DNA of 43,983 nucleotides, taken from positions 2,194,281 through 2,238,263 of the forward strand of contig NC_081393.1 in assembly GCF_030684315.1 (NCBI RefSeq). The letters run 5' to 3'. The stretch's first letter is position 1; each line of letters starts with the position of its first letter. Origin of the DNA: Stegostoma tigrinum (Eukaryota). The notes under the pieces are model-generated. The model saw nothing but the letters and a program-made list of their open reading frames with translations. It did no database searches and had not been told where the DNA came from. Shown one piece after another: positions 30,801-42,989 of the stretch. The position numbers were made by a program, and so were the translations under genes.

Positions 30801-33800
30801 TACAATTACAAATATTAAGAGACGTCTGGATGGGTTGAGGGGGATTTAGGAAAAATGTTGTCAAAAGAATAGATTAACTTAGGACATCTAGCTGGCATGG
30901 ACAAGATGGACCTGACTTGACTGCGGATTTGCATGCCAACATACCACTACTGAAAGCAATGAGTTGGCTGTGAATTTATTTGGGTCATTACGAAGATGTG
31001 AATGACAACAGAAAAGCAAGGCTTATTTTTCATTTTCTTGTCAAAACCTTTCCAGCGATCAGTGGCCAGGCACCCACAATGACTGCCCTGTCATCCATTC
31101 AATGTATGCATGGGCCTGTCCACATCAAGTGGAGCTGTTCTTGGCACAGGAGTACAGAGACTGTGTGGCCTTCGATCTCACCTTTTCATTCAGGAGAATT
31201 AATCCAAGCAGTGGGCGTGACATGGACCATTGATTTCTGCAGTCTTCAAAAATGATGATGTTCAGAACTGTGGACAGCATCTGGAGTGGAAAACACAAGT
31301 GGGAAAAGTCTCTGAGACACTGACATTAGTTTATAAGGCAGTGTAAGAAATAATTATGCTCTGGAAATTCATGAAATACTAAATCATCACGCACCCGATT
31401 AGAAGCAAAAAGAACAGAAAACCATTCAGATAGCTGTGTCGACCTGCGCTGACTCTTGGAATCAGCTCTAAACATTAAAAATGGGCACAGGTAGTAGGCC
31501 ATTCAGCCCTTCAAGCCTGTTCCTCTGTTCACTATGATCGTCATGCAACTCAAAATCTTGTTCTGGTTTTTCACCCATATCCTCGGACCCCTTAGACCCC
31601 AAGTGTGACACCCAACTCTTTGATTAAATTATACAAAGTTCTGGTCCTGATTGCATTGAGGTAGCAATTCCACAGGCTCGCCGCTCTCCGAGTGAAGACC
31701 TTTCTTCTCATCTCAGTCCTAAATGGTTTACCCCTTATCTTGACAGACTGCTTGTGGACTCATCCGCCATCGGGAATATCCTTCCTAAAAATACCCTATC
31801 TATTCCTGTTTGAAATTTACAGGTTTCTGCAAGATCCTTCCTTCATTCTGTTGAACTCCAGTGAATTTAATCCCAATTCATGCAACCTCACCTCATGTGT
31901 CAGTCCTGCCATTCCTGGAACCAGCCTGGCAAACCTTCACTGCATTCCATCCACAGCAAGATCATCCTTCCTCAGGTAAAGAGACCAAAACTGTACACGA
32001 TATTTCAAGTGTGGTCTCACTAATGCCCTGTGAAATTGCAGAAAAATATCCCTGCTCCTGTACTTCAATCCTTGCATGATAAGGCCAGCACAGTTTGCCT
32101 TTTTACTGCCCGCTGCACTTACACATTTACTTTCAGAGACTGGTGCACTGCATGTTCCTTCCCTCAATAAACAGCTATTTAGATAATGGTGTGCCTTCCT
32201 GTTTAGCTGCCAAAGCAGGGGAGCTTTCACTTTATCCACATTATGCTGCCCCCGCCATGTACTGGCTCACTCACTCAGCCTGTCCAAATCACACTGCAAC
32301 ACGGAATCCCTAGCATGGAAGCAGGTCATTCAGCGCATTGAGTCAACACCAACCCCCAAAGCACATCCCACCCACACCCACTCCCCATCCCATCCCATCC
32401 CTGCATTTTCCATGGCTAATCCGTGCAGATGACACATGCCTGTACACTGTGGGCAATTTAGCATGGCCAAGCCAGCTAGCCTGCCTATCTTTCGACTATG
32501 GGAGAAATCCTGAGCACCCAGAGGAACGCCACACAGACACCCGAATCTGGAATGGGACACCAATCCCTGGCACTGTGAGGCGGCAGTGCTAACTACTGAG
32601 CCACCCTGCTGCTCTCCCTGCATTCTCCTCACAGCTCACCCTCCCACTGACATTTATGTCGTCTGTAAATTTAAATATATTACGTTGAGTTCACTCATCT
32701 AAATTATGACTAGAAATTGTGAATTGTTGGGATCCTTGCACTGATCACTGTGGCATCCCACTATTCCCTGCCTGCCATTCAGAAAATGACCTGTTTATAC
32801 CGGCTCTGTTTCCTGTCTGCTAACCAATTTATGATCCACCCCAAGACATTACCCCAATCCCATGTAGTTCCATTTTTACCAACAAAGCACTTACGTGGGA
32901 CTTGGCTGAAATCCTTCTCAAAGTCCAAATAAACTATAGCCACTGGTTCCACATCATCAAGTCTGTAAGTTACATCCTGAAAGAATTCTGGGACATTTGT
33001 CACGTCTGATTTCTCTCTTGTAAATCCATACTGATTGTGTTTGATTCTACCGCTGTTTTCCACATACTGAGCCCTTCACTCTTTTACAATAAACTAAAGC
33101 ACTTGACCACAACCAGCATCAGGCTCACTGATAATTCCCAGTTTTTAGTACAATTGATATTCGTTCGCTACCTTTCAATCTGTAGGAGCTGTTCCAGAAT
33201 TGTCAATTTAGTCAAAACAAAAAAAAAAGCACATGCGAGGTTGAAGAAGCTAAAATCGGACAGGGCCCCAACAAGAACATAAAGAAAGCAGGGAATGAGG
33301 ACAGCAACAAAGGGCTATGAAAGGACCCTGTAAAGCTGGGTTAGAGAATTCCAAGGCATTCTACAGATACTAGGATAACGAGGGAGAAGGTAGGACCACT
33401 CAAGGCATTGGTATTCACTCAGGAGAAGGATATGGAGGATGGTGAGATTTGTGTGGAATATGTTAATATGCTGCAGCATTTTGAGATCAAGAAAGAAGTG
33501 GTGTTGGATCTCCTGAAGAGCATTAAGGTGGATAAGTCCCCAGGGCCCGATGGTATCTACTCCAGGTTTTTCAGAGAAGTGGGAGGAGATTGCTGGCACC
33601 TTGACCTAAATCTGTGTGTCCTCGCTTACCACTGGAGAGGTCCCAGAGGGCTGGCAAGTAGCTAATGCTCCTCTGTTTAAAAAGGGAAATATGGATAACG
33701 CAGGGAACTACAGACCGGTGAGTCTTACATTCATGCTGGGAAGCTGTTGGAGAGACTGATCGGGGATAGGATTTACGTGCATTTGGAAAGGCACGGCCAG

Positions 33801-36800
33801 TTAGGGACAGTCAGCATGGCTTTGCGCAGGGCAGGTCATATCTTACTAACTTGAGTGAATTTCTTGAGGAGGCGACAAAGGTGGTCAATGAGGGGAGAGC
33901 AGTCAATGTTGTTTACATGGATTTTACTAAAAGTCTTGACAAAGTCCCTCATGGTAGGCTCACCCAGAAGATTAAGATGCATGGGATGGATAGTGTGGAC
34001 AGTTGATGTCTTTTTATCAGGGTAGAAATATCTAATACTCAGGGGCATGGGTTTAACGTGAGATCTGCAAGGCAAGCTTTTTTTTAAAAACACAGAGCAA
34101 AAAGTGAAGCCAGGGGACTTGGTAGAAGTAGTTACTATCACAATTTCAGATGCATTCAGGCAGCCACATGAACAGGCAGATGGGATCAGTATAGAATGGA
34201 ACAAAAGTAGAAATTGCTGAAAAAGCTCAGCAGGTCTGGTAGCATCTGTGGGCAGAAATCCGTTAATGTTTTGGGTCAAGTGACCCTTCCTCAGACCTAT
34301 CAGACTTTTTGTCCACAAATGCTGCCACAGCTGCTGAGCTTTTCCAGCAATTTCTATTTTTGTTTGTGATTTACAGCATCCACAGTTCCTTTGCTTTTTA
34401 GTTAGTTTAGAGTGGCATCATGGTTGGTGCAGTTTTGGTGGGTGAAGGGTCTGTTCCTGAGCTGTACTGTTCTAAGTGACAGTGAAGCATTTTGGAAAAC
34501 ATCTAGCAATACCTTGGCCCAAAGGACAGCTTTGAAGGAGTGCCTTGAAGGGGGCTGAAAATGCAGAGGGGTTTAAGTAGAGGATTCCAGAGTTTAGAGC
34601 CTTGCTTTAATCTCCTGAGGCCGTCATTGATGAAGCAATTCATATCAAAGGCCAACAAGAGTGGACACATGCAGGAGTTCTGATATCGCAGAGGGTTTTA
34701 GGGCTGGAACAGACCACAGATATGATAGCCATGAAAGAATGTGCAATAGCTCAGTTATGACAGGATCACAGCTCGACAGATTTTGGAACTCCTGCCAGGG
34801 CTTACCTGTTGAATCATTTCAGGATGCTGCTGCATGATGTGTAGGAAGCGGTCACTCTCCTGGGATAACGGTGTTGTTCGCTTCTTTGTGCTACGGGATA
34901 GCTGCTTGAAGAGGTATGTTACAATGTGGTCCAGACTTGAGCAGCAACCTGTACACACCATCGTGTCTGAAAACAAACCATGGGAAGATTATAAGCTCTC
35001 TTCCTTCGGCCTCATGTCTTCCATGCCAGAATTTCATTTTACACGATCATGGCTGTCACTGCTTGAGTCAACTGAATTGAGCTTGTTCCATGTCTTGCGT
35101 TAACATTCTGCAGTGAAATGGGAGTCTATTCTCCAGGCCACACACACAAGCAATGGCTTGGAAACTATGGGCCACCCAAGCGGCAGGGACCCCTTCTCAT
35201 GTCCCAAAGAAAGGAAAGCATGATGTTTGGACCTGGCCTGGTGACGGCAGTTGCTGGAAAGATAACATATTTAGACATCAGGCTGCCTCTGGACTGCAGT
35301 TCAGAATTTTATTTGTCAGCGTTTGCTCCCTTACCCTTCACCTTTTCTAAGATACCCATGAGGCAGTGGAGCTCTTAGCTCAGACTGGGAGTTCGGTTGC
35401 CCAGTGTCAGGCTATGTCCTGCACGCCTACCAGCAAACCTCCTCCACGTTCCTCTAAAGCATGGCCTAACGACCAGGTTTCACTGTCACTTTGAGAAGGA
35501 ACAACGTAGAACTTGGCAATGAATAGATAATACTGACAGAGAGAAATGTGTACACGTGGCTCTTTGTAGCATGACGCTGCTAGCCAAGAGCCAGCTGTAA
35601 ATGCAAAGCAAACTAATGTACAGACAATGCACTCTATCAACTTGGGCACAGCACTCACTCCCTTCAGATCCTCCATCCATACAGTCAGCTATGACTCAGT
35701 GCATGAACTCTCTCATTATTGAGACAGGGAGTGCTGTACTTCAGTCCTTCTTCACAAAGTGCAGCACACAATTTAAGTCAATGTCCCCAAGGATTGAGGA
35801 TATTACTTTCAAATGTGACATGAGACATGTCCTGTACCACGACTAAAACAGCAACAGAGCTCTTCCTGGTTTACACTTGGCTAACGTTTAGCTCTGGAAC
35901 AATATAGCTACAAACAGGTTGTCTATCAGGTCATTAGCATATCGTTCATCAAGGCTTTCTTGTCAGTAATTGACATAGATCTGAATGATTAAGCGATGAC
36001 AGAAAAATGCTGAATAGCCGTCCCAACTTTTAGAGCAAACAAGCAAGTTGGCAATGTGAACACAGTTAGGATCACATCACCAGGGATTCTCTGGCGCATT
36101 TTCCAAAGATCAGGAGCTGTAAAGGGCACTCTTGAGAAGTCCCAAAGCTTAACTTTTACTCAGTCAGTGTCAAATGTTCTGAATAGAAGTGCCCACAGTG
36201 AGAGTTGGACAAGAGTGTCTGTCCAAACGGGAACCTTACTATATTCAGTTCTCACCTACTTTTGACTTCTAGAGATTAATGTAAATTTCTGTGACAAAGT
36301 TATTAAAGAGAAAAGTTTCATCAGAGCTTCAATTTTTACCATCTGAATGGCAAGTTACTTACCCAGTGCAGTAAGACCTTCTGAAATGGAGGACAGAATG
36401 TACATGATAACATGAGGTTCCAGGCTGGCAATAAAATTCATGTGGTCCTGGGTAAGAACTTCTAACAAGGAATAATATGACTGACTGAGCTTGGGGTAAT
36501 CCTGGGGAAAGAAAATGAGAAAGCAATAGAACATTAAACCGCAGAAAGCAAAGAGAAGATTTAAAACTGGTTGCTGCAAAGAGAGAGTCTGGACAGAGCT
36601 TAAAACAAGGGCAATTGTTGGAACAGAGAAAATTGAATAAGCATTTGGAGCTATGGAAAAAACTGCGAAGTGAGAAGCCATAACCACCATGAGAACGGAA
36701 ACACTCAGCAGCGGCATCACAAGTTATTTATTAAACCAAATAATCTAAAAACAAAACTCAAGTTTCCATGACAATTTGAAATTTTCACCATTTCTTCTTT

Positions 36801-39800
36801 ACAAACAAAAAAAAGACAATGGTAATTCAAAGTTTTGGTCCATGGATTCTCACTTAAATCACTGCAGGCTTCCCACGTGGCAGAAGATGGGTTAATCAAT
36901 GTGAGGTAGAGTTCTGAGGCACCCAGGTGTGGGGTAGGAGACACAGGACATTTCTTTTTGCGGACAGAGTAACGTTAGTCAAGGGCTTGGTACTACATGG
37001 CAACGTAAGACAACAATTAAATATGATTGCACAAAAAAAAGACAGATTTTAAAAGAAGCCGACGATAATAGGCAGGTAATCGATTGGGGTGCAGGGATCA
37101 GTCACGCAGGCACAAACATAGAGGCCAAGCAGTAGCTTCCACAAAAAACCAACAGTCACACAATCATCAATGACTCTCAGTGGGTTTCACTGTGCGACCT
37201 GTACTGGCTCCAGACAGCAAACACATTGGAGCACTGCACACCGACTGGTCTGCTTCCAACTATGTGTTCTTTCCCAGAGGAATCAATCCTTAAAACACAA
37301 GTGCTCTACCTAATGACATGGACACTAACCAGAAGGTCACTGTGAGGGATTGATAGGAGGAGTTTAATGAACGTTTGCAAAGCGTTGTCAAGGGCATCAT
37401 CACCATAGAGACGGAAGACACCAAAGTTGACATAGTTGCCACTGAGAGCTGCTTTCAGCATGGAGAAACAAATGGAAATTCCTTTCAATTTGAGTCCATA
37501 AACCTGGTCCTTTGGTACCTCTCCCAAGGTGAGGATACGGTTACCTGCGTGAATAAAACACAAAGATTGCAGCTTTTCATAAACCTACATTAAATCCTCA
37601 ACTATATCATGAGTATCATTACAGACAGGAAAAGACAACATTGGTGCTAACACCCTTCGTACAGAGTGGTCATAATTAATTATTTGCAAAATGGCACACT
37701 TATAACCTGAAGCAAATCATGTCACGGTTAGAGATAAAAATTTTCAAGTTACAAAAGACAAAATCCAGACAAAATCCAGACAAAATCAAGGTGATCAACA
37801 CTGCCACCCAATGTTATGGTATTTCACTGATAGGTTTGCTGGCCTTGCTTGGAACCGTGTGCGATTGAGTGCGTGAGCTTTCAATGCTTCAGAGTTTGGA
37901 ATTTGAACTTGTGCCATGTGGGTTTTGATCTATGTGCATGAAGAGATTCAATTATCAACTTGTCTGTCCTTCTTGGAGTCATGATTTTAAACCAGTCAGT
38001 GTGAAGAAGCAGCTGACTAGGGTCTCTCCTGGAGTGATTATGGGAATTTGTTTGTGATCTGAGAGTTTTACAATCAGAGGGTGTGAACATTCAAAGGCCA
38101 TTTGTTTGTCTTGGTTCAGGACAATCAGAAATGAATTTTTGTTTTGAGAACAACTCTGTGGAAAATCTTTTTTGGCTGCTCGCTAAAGACCTGGCTGGAG
38201 TTTTAAGTAAGAACAGTTTCTATCAGAGAAATCAGTTTGTTCAGAACAATTAGGAAATCAGTTATGCTCAGTCAGAAGTATTTTAATTGAACAATTCCTG
38301 CCAAGAGGTGTATAATTACAACCGTGGAGCAGTTATTTGAAGTTTAAGATCAGTCGTGTGAATAATCAATGAAAAGTCAGTTAAGCTTTCTTGACCAGGG
38401 ATCAAAAGAGAGTCACCTCAAGCCGATCGAGGTGATCCAGCACAAAACTCTCTCTGGGATTCATGTACAGGGAAGTGACAGTATTGGAAATAGATGGAAC
38501 TGCATCTTGCTGTGTTTTGAAATCTTTCAAATTACAATATATGTAAATAGCATGATGCGTTCTATTTTATCCTCATTTCTACGGCGTGATAACTTATGTT
38601 TCATTGTTAAAACCGAATCTGCAGCATTGTGCGCTTATGTTTCAGTGGAAGGCCACTAGACTGAATAAAACAGACGCCCATCATGCCAGATTTCAGTCTG
38701 GGATCTGACTTGTCCAGCAGTAACATCAGGTAGGATCATCACCACTTGTGACAAGCCAAGGACACCACATTCAGGGCGCCAACATCCAAAACGACTGTAC
38801 AGGATGAATTAATTTGTAATCATCCAACTGAATTTGAGAGTCAGGTTCCAGAGGCAAAGTGAGACACAGTGGGCACAAGAAAGGGAGCAATAAGGAGGGA
38901 ACAGATTTATCAGCAAGGGGAGGAGATATTGAATAGAATGTTATCCTGTGTGACACATGGGAAGACAGTGCATAGTGGGAACATCACGATTTGTAACCCA
39001 GAAGACTATGCTCATGATCTGCAGAAGATCGTGTCAGATGCCACTTCAGCACAGAATTTAAATGCAATCAACTGCTGCAATTAAGTGAAAGCTAATCTCG
39101 GTGACAGTAGCTGTGAAAATCTTATCAATTATCGCAATTCAATATCTGCCAGCCCCTCACCAGTCTTACCTACGTGAGAGTCCAGGCCGACAATGCAGTT
39201 GACTCTTCACTACACTCTGAAACAGGTTAGCAAGTTGCTCTGTTGAGATTGGGCAAGGATAACAAACGCTGACCCATGTCCCATCAGAGGAGGGAAAAGA
39301 TGACGCTTTCAAAGTTCTATCAAGTAATTCTCATTCAGGTTGTGTCGAAGCTGAGGCAGGGTACAGAGGTGAGCAAGGGCAAGAGTAGGAAAGCAGGAAG
39401 GCTGTTGGAACACAATCACATTGCACTGAAATGCAGCAAAGCTGAATAACACTGACCGTAAGTTGTAATCATTTTACTCGTCTCACGAAAAAGGAGGATC
39501 CCATTCGGAGAAGACACATCAAATTGCAGCCGCTGTGACCTGCAAACAAGATAGAAGACTAACAGGATTGTGGTGTTGCAAATTTGATCATGGTGTCAGA
39601 AAACAAACACTCCAAAGCATGGCATTCTGAAGATGCCGTCTGATCTCATTCTGAGCAAGAGAACCCAACTTCAAAAACACCATTTCTTCTGCACCATGAC
39701 ACCGTAGACAGTGAAACCTATGTACTCATCACTACAATGCCAGGATAAAAGCTAGTTCCCCGAAATATTGCATCACTGAAAAGGAGAAATCTCACCGATG

Positions 39801-41989
39801 GTCATGGGAAGAGTCACGACTTTACCTGTTGTGGACCAGTTCAGCCATCAATTTGAGGATGGGCGTGGTGCATGCTGGGTCATGATACCAAAGTTCCACA
39901 ACACGCTGTAGTATAGGCATGTACGTGGGATAGCTGGGCACAGATAACTAAGGAAATTAGGTCAACTATTAAAATCATTCGCGATCGGTAAAAGACCTCA
40001 CAAACTTCAAGGGAGAGGGAACACGCTTCATTAGACTGATTGAAGCTCCATTTCCAAGCTCTAAAAGCACCTCGAAATTGTCTCTAATTTCACAGAGTAC
40101 TTCACTCTGAAGTACTGATCAGGTACAGCCATTGATTCGGTGACAAACAGGCAAGCCATTTTTGCACAGCAAGATCTCACAGACAGGAACTAAGAGTCAT
40201 TTCATAGCACTGACTTCGATTCACGCTCAAATATAAAGATGGTAATAGAATGATTAGCAATATTGCTTAGGGAGTAATCTTGCCCATGACACCGAAAATC
40301 CTCAATGGTACAGCAACTTGAACATTTTCCAACAGGCAAACAAGGACTTCACACCTTATCCACAGCCCTCTCTCTCACTACACAACTCCCACAGCAGAGC
40401 TGTCCCTCAGTGTCTGTCTCTGACAACGCACTACTTCCTGAGACTGACCAAAAACGTCTGCCTCGATTATGAATTCAAATTCCAGGACCATTTGATTCAG
40501 AGATTAATCAAAATTTCAGTCAATTTCACAGACTTGGAACAGCACAGAGAGTTTCTTGTGGTTATCCTGCTGTGAGAACATTCTTGGAAAGCCCTTGTGC
40601 TCGTGCTCTGAAGTTACCAAGATTGGTAAAATGGCAAGCGTGTGGCAGAGGCAACGCATTACCTGGTCTGTTGGAAATTTAACAAAATGAGCAGTTAACG
40701 CTTTCTGATTTTACATGTTTGACATGGCAGAAATTCTTACCGTCACTGCTGGTTGCAAATATTGAAAGCTCTCACTTGACGCTTTCTGATATTTCGATGC
40801 ATTTGGAGTGGTGTCAACTGCTTGTCTCAGGAGACAATGGTAACTGACCATGGTATACGTTGTTTGCGTATCGAGCATCTTCTGTTGTGGCTGTGCAGGC
40901 CAACCCGGAATGGAAGTCCCTCCTGTAACTGTCACCTAAGTACAATGTTGACACAGAGTTGGTCTGATACATTTCTTTCCACCAGGCTCTCTTCTACAAC
41001 ATTTGTGGAAATGCTGTATTTGACCAACTCATTTCCATGCTTGTCTCTCCAATCTGCTGAAGCCATTTTGACTCCCATCAGCAGGCAAACAAAATAAAGT
41101 GCAAACACTTGTTCATATTTGTGACTGGATCTGCTGAGATGCTTGATTCACAGTGACCCACTTCCTGCTCTCCTTTCCACATCATCATCCCCAACAGCAC
41201 TGCATGATAAAGGGCTTGGCGATTGCTTGATTTAAATAGATCACTGACACAATCACCTGGTGGAGTGCACCCTCAAGGTATCAGGAGCCCTCAGCAAATG
41301 AATGGGAGCCAGCTGCCTGCCACCGAAATGAGGCTGTCACTGTTTTCCAGGGTTCACCAGTTTTGGTTTTAACAAATTGTGCACCCTGCACAAGTTCAAT
41401 GTCGGGGGAAAGCTAGCCATCAACATGACAACAGCAAAGGCACTGAAATTATGAAGGTGTCTTCAGCAACGAATGAAGCTGTTTTCTTAATTTCTCTTTG
41501 CTGAGTCAACTGTTGACTGAGGGCCCAAGGCAGCAAAAAGGGACCACAAAGTCTTCTCTAAACCATCCAGTCCATAAACTATGTACCATGCTTTCAACTT
41601 TGTTACACTATGTTCACCTCCAACATGAATTTGGGACAGCACACAAACAAACAACTGAAATCAAACCAGTAGGTCACGGGCAAGATTTCTCAAGTCTCGA
41701 CCTCAAGCTGTCCTTTATTCAAACAGTGCAATAGCCAGGCAACATGATGTGGATTCTCAGGTAATATGCCTGACTCTAAACAACAGTACAAAACTGTCAA
41801 AGTAGCACTCAAGCTAGGAACTGAAACTAAGATGCCCCCTTTTCCAGTGATGTTAAGTCACAGATTTGGCAGTTTTTGACTCCCAACACAAAAAGGATAC
41901 ATCCAGTCAAACAGCATCATAAAGCTGGTCTTAGCATTAAAGGCAAAGGCAATTCCCCTCAGATCTCTCACGAGGCCAACGAGCGTTCG
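27724..41989 (-). CDS. XPO7: Exportin-7, last 9 coding exons (5'-partial)
   Basis: Exons join in frame. The C-terminus [31 protein letters not shown] and [11 protein letters not shown] match XPO7 rather than RANBP17. Confidence 0.96.
29156..29283 (-). CDS. XPO7: XPO7 exon ([10 protein letters not shown]...LLTKNRDR)
   Basis: ctgcag| ... GACAG|GTAGTC; 128 bp. Confidence 0.96.
30240..30915 (+). mobile_element. CR1 LINE 3' fragment
   Basis: ORF 30198-30698 has [26 protein letters not shown] and RGDLIYVYK. Confidence 0.88.
31182..31280 (-). CDS. XPO7: XPO7 exon ([33 protein letters not shown])
   Basis: ctccag| ... AAG|GTGAGA; 99 bp. Not in the ORF track. Confidence 0.96.
31485..33190 (-). mobile_element. 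Degenerate CR1 LINE interrupted by a SINE
   Basis: Minus-strand ORFs [10 protein letters not shown]...[13 protein letters not shown] (32779-33063) and [14 protein letters not shown] (31937-32239); 3' tail near 31490. Confidence 0.85.
32305..32615 (-). mobile_element. HE1/V-SINE-type tRNA-derived SINE, near full length, nested in CR1
   Basis: Minus-strand head GGTGGCTCAGTAGTTAGCACTGCCGCCTCACAG (A-box), central ggccatgctaaattgccc, CR1-like tail. Confidence 0.8.
33205..34475 (+). mobile_element. CR1 LINE fragment, internally deleted, with a Penelope-type insertion in its 3' UTR
   Basis: [12 protein letters not shown] (ORF 33408-33665), ggaactacagaccggtgagtct, gacagtcagcatggctttg; tail gaagggtctgttcctgagctgtactgttcta. 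Confidence 0.82.
34200..34400. mobile_element. Palindromic Penelope-type short element (second family)
   Basis: Arms acaaaagtagaaattgctgaaaaagctcagcag... and ...ctgctgagcttttccagcaatttctatttttgt; degenerate hammerhead box at 34262-34294 (-). Confidence 0.65.
34806..34966 (-). CDS. XPO7: XPO7 exon (DTMVCTGCC...HPEMIQQ)
   Basis: tttcag| ... CAG|GTAAGC; 161 bp. Confidence 0.96.
36363..36501 (-). CDS. XPO7: XPO7 exon ([10 protein letters not shown]...SEGLTAL)
   Basis: ccccag| ... CTGG|GTAAGT; 139 bp. Confidence 0.96.
37330..37544 (-). CDS. XPO7: XPO7 exon ([14 protein letters not shown]...IPHSDLL)
   Basis: acgcag| ... CTG|GTTAGT; 215 bp. Confidence 0.96.
39457..39539 (-). CDS. XPO7: XPO7 exon ([27 protein letters not shown])
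   Basis: ttgcag| ... TACG|GTCAGT; 83 bp. Confidence 0.95.
39826..39933 (-). CDS. XPO7: XPO7 exon ([36 protein letters not shown])
   Basis: gcccag| ... AACAG|GTAAAG; 108 bp. Confidence 0.95.
39934..41900 (-). other. XPO7: U12-type (minor spliceosome) GT-AG intron of XPO7
   Basis: Donor GTATCCTTT at 41900-41892; branch-like TTTCCTTAGT at 39956-39947 close to the CAG acceptor; no long polypyrimidine tract. Confidence 0.85.
41901..41989 (-). CDS. XPO7: XPO7 exon ([30 protein letters not shown])
   Basis: ttgcag| ... TGGAT|GTATCCTTT; 89 bp. Confidence 0.95.
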
Positions 41990-42989
41990 CTGCAAGCAAA
42001 TAAACATCAATGATTATCATTAGACAAACACACGTGCAAGCCCTATGTCCCTCAATTCCCTTACCGGTCTGGCATTCTGGCTGAGATAGAAAGGGTTACA
42101 GGGGACAGGCAGCAAACTGGGGGCAAGGCCTCAAACACATCAGCATGATCTTGGTGAAAGGTGCAGCAGGCTTGAGGGACCGAATAGCCAATTCCTGTTC
42201 CCATTTCTTTCAATCCTCAGATGGGTTGCTGTAAGCTGAGGAACACTGCTGTCCGTGACAAGGACCTCAGCCCTTGAATGTGATTGCTAAATAAGAACAT
42301 GTCTTTTAGTGCACAAAGTATTTGAATCAAATCAAATGCAGCAGAGAAAACGGCCCTACACCTGCATGGCCTTTCCACATGTGGGCATTTATTAACAGCT
42401 TTAACACTGTGCACAGAAATGTCACAAGGCACATCTGTTTTAAACTGCACACCAGAAATTATACTCCCCAGTTTGGATTTCAACTCACAGCAAGCTCCTC
42501 TGTGAAAATTACAGCCATTTCAACAGGACGTACAGCTCTCACAGTTGAGTCAAGCCACAAAGCCAAACATAAAACAATTATAAAATTGCGAATACAGAAA
42601 AACAGGGTCAGAGAGTTTTTTGTGTGAAAGGATGGCAGGTCAAAGAGACTAAGTGGAGTGAATATCCTGCACGGTGTGTGAAATCATGGACAGACTGTGT
42701 TTCAACTGAATACACATGCAGAAGTGTCAGCGCCAACACAAGCTTGAGCTCCACGTTTTGGAACTTAAGGAGTGACTGGAATCCCTGTAGTGCATCTACA
42801 TAGCACCAGATGATGACAATAGCACACACAGGTGGTTACGTTGCTGATTAGACGTGTACATGGACAGGGTGACTTCTAAGCAGCCTAACAAAACCAGGCA
42901 GGTCATGCAGTTGTCCTGAGGTTACTGCACTTGTTTATTAGAATTCATTGTGGAAAATGCAGAGGGTGATGGTTCTTCAGGGGAATGCA

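Noticed and set aside
32570-32612. tRNA gene
   Set aside because: Only an A-box-like SINE head is present. There is no cloverleaf, and the sequence continues into the SINE body.
37751-37790. 12-bp unit AGACAAAATCC(A) repeated about 3 times
   Set aside because: A trivial local slippage duplication in an intron.
27724-41989. Calling the exportin RANBP17, which would make the F-box gene plain FBXW11 by synteny
   Set aside because: The exon translations, especially the C-terminal [17 protein letters not shown], are nearly identical to XPO7 as I recall it.
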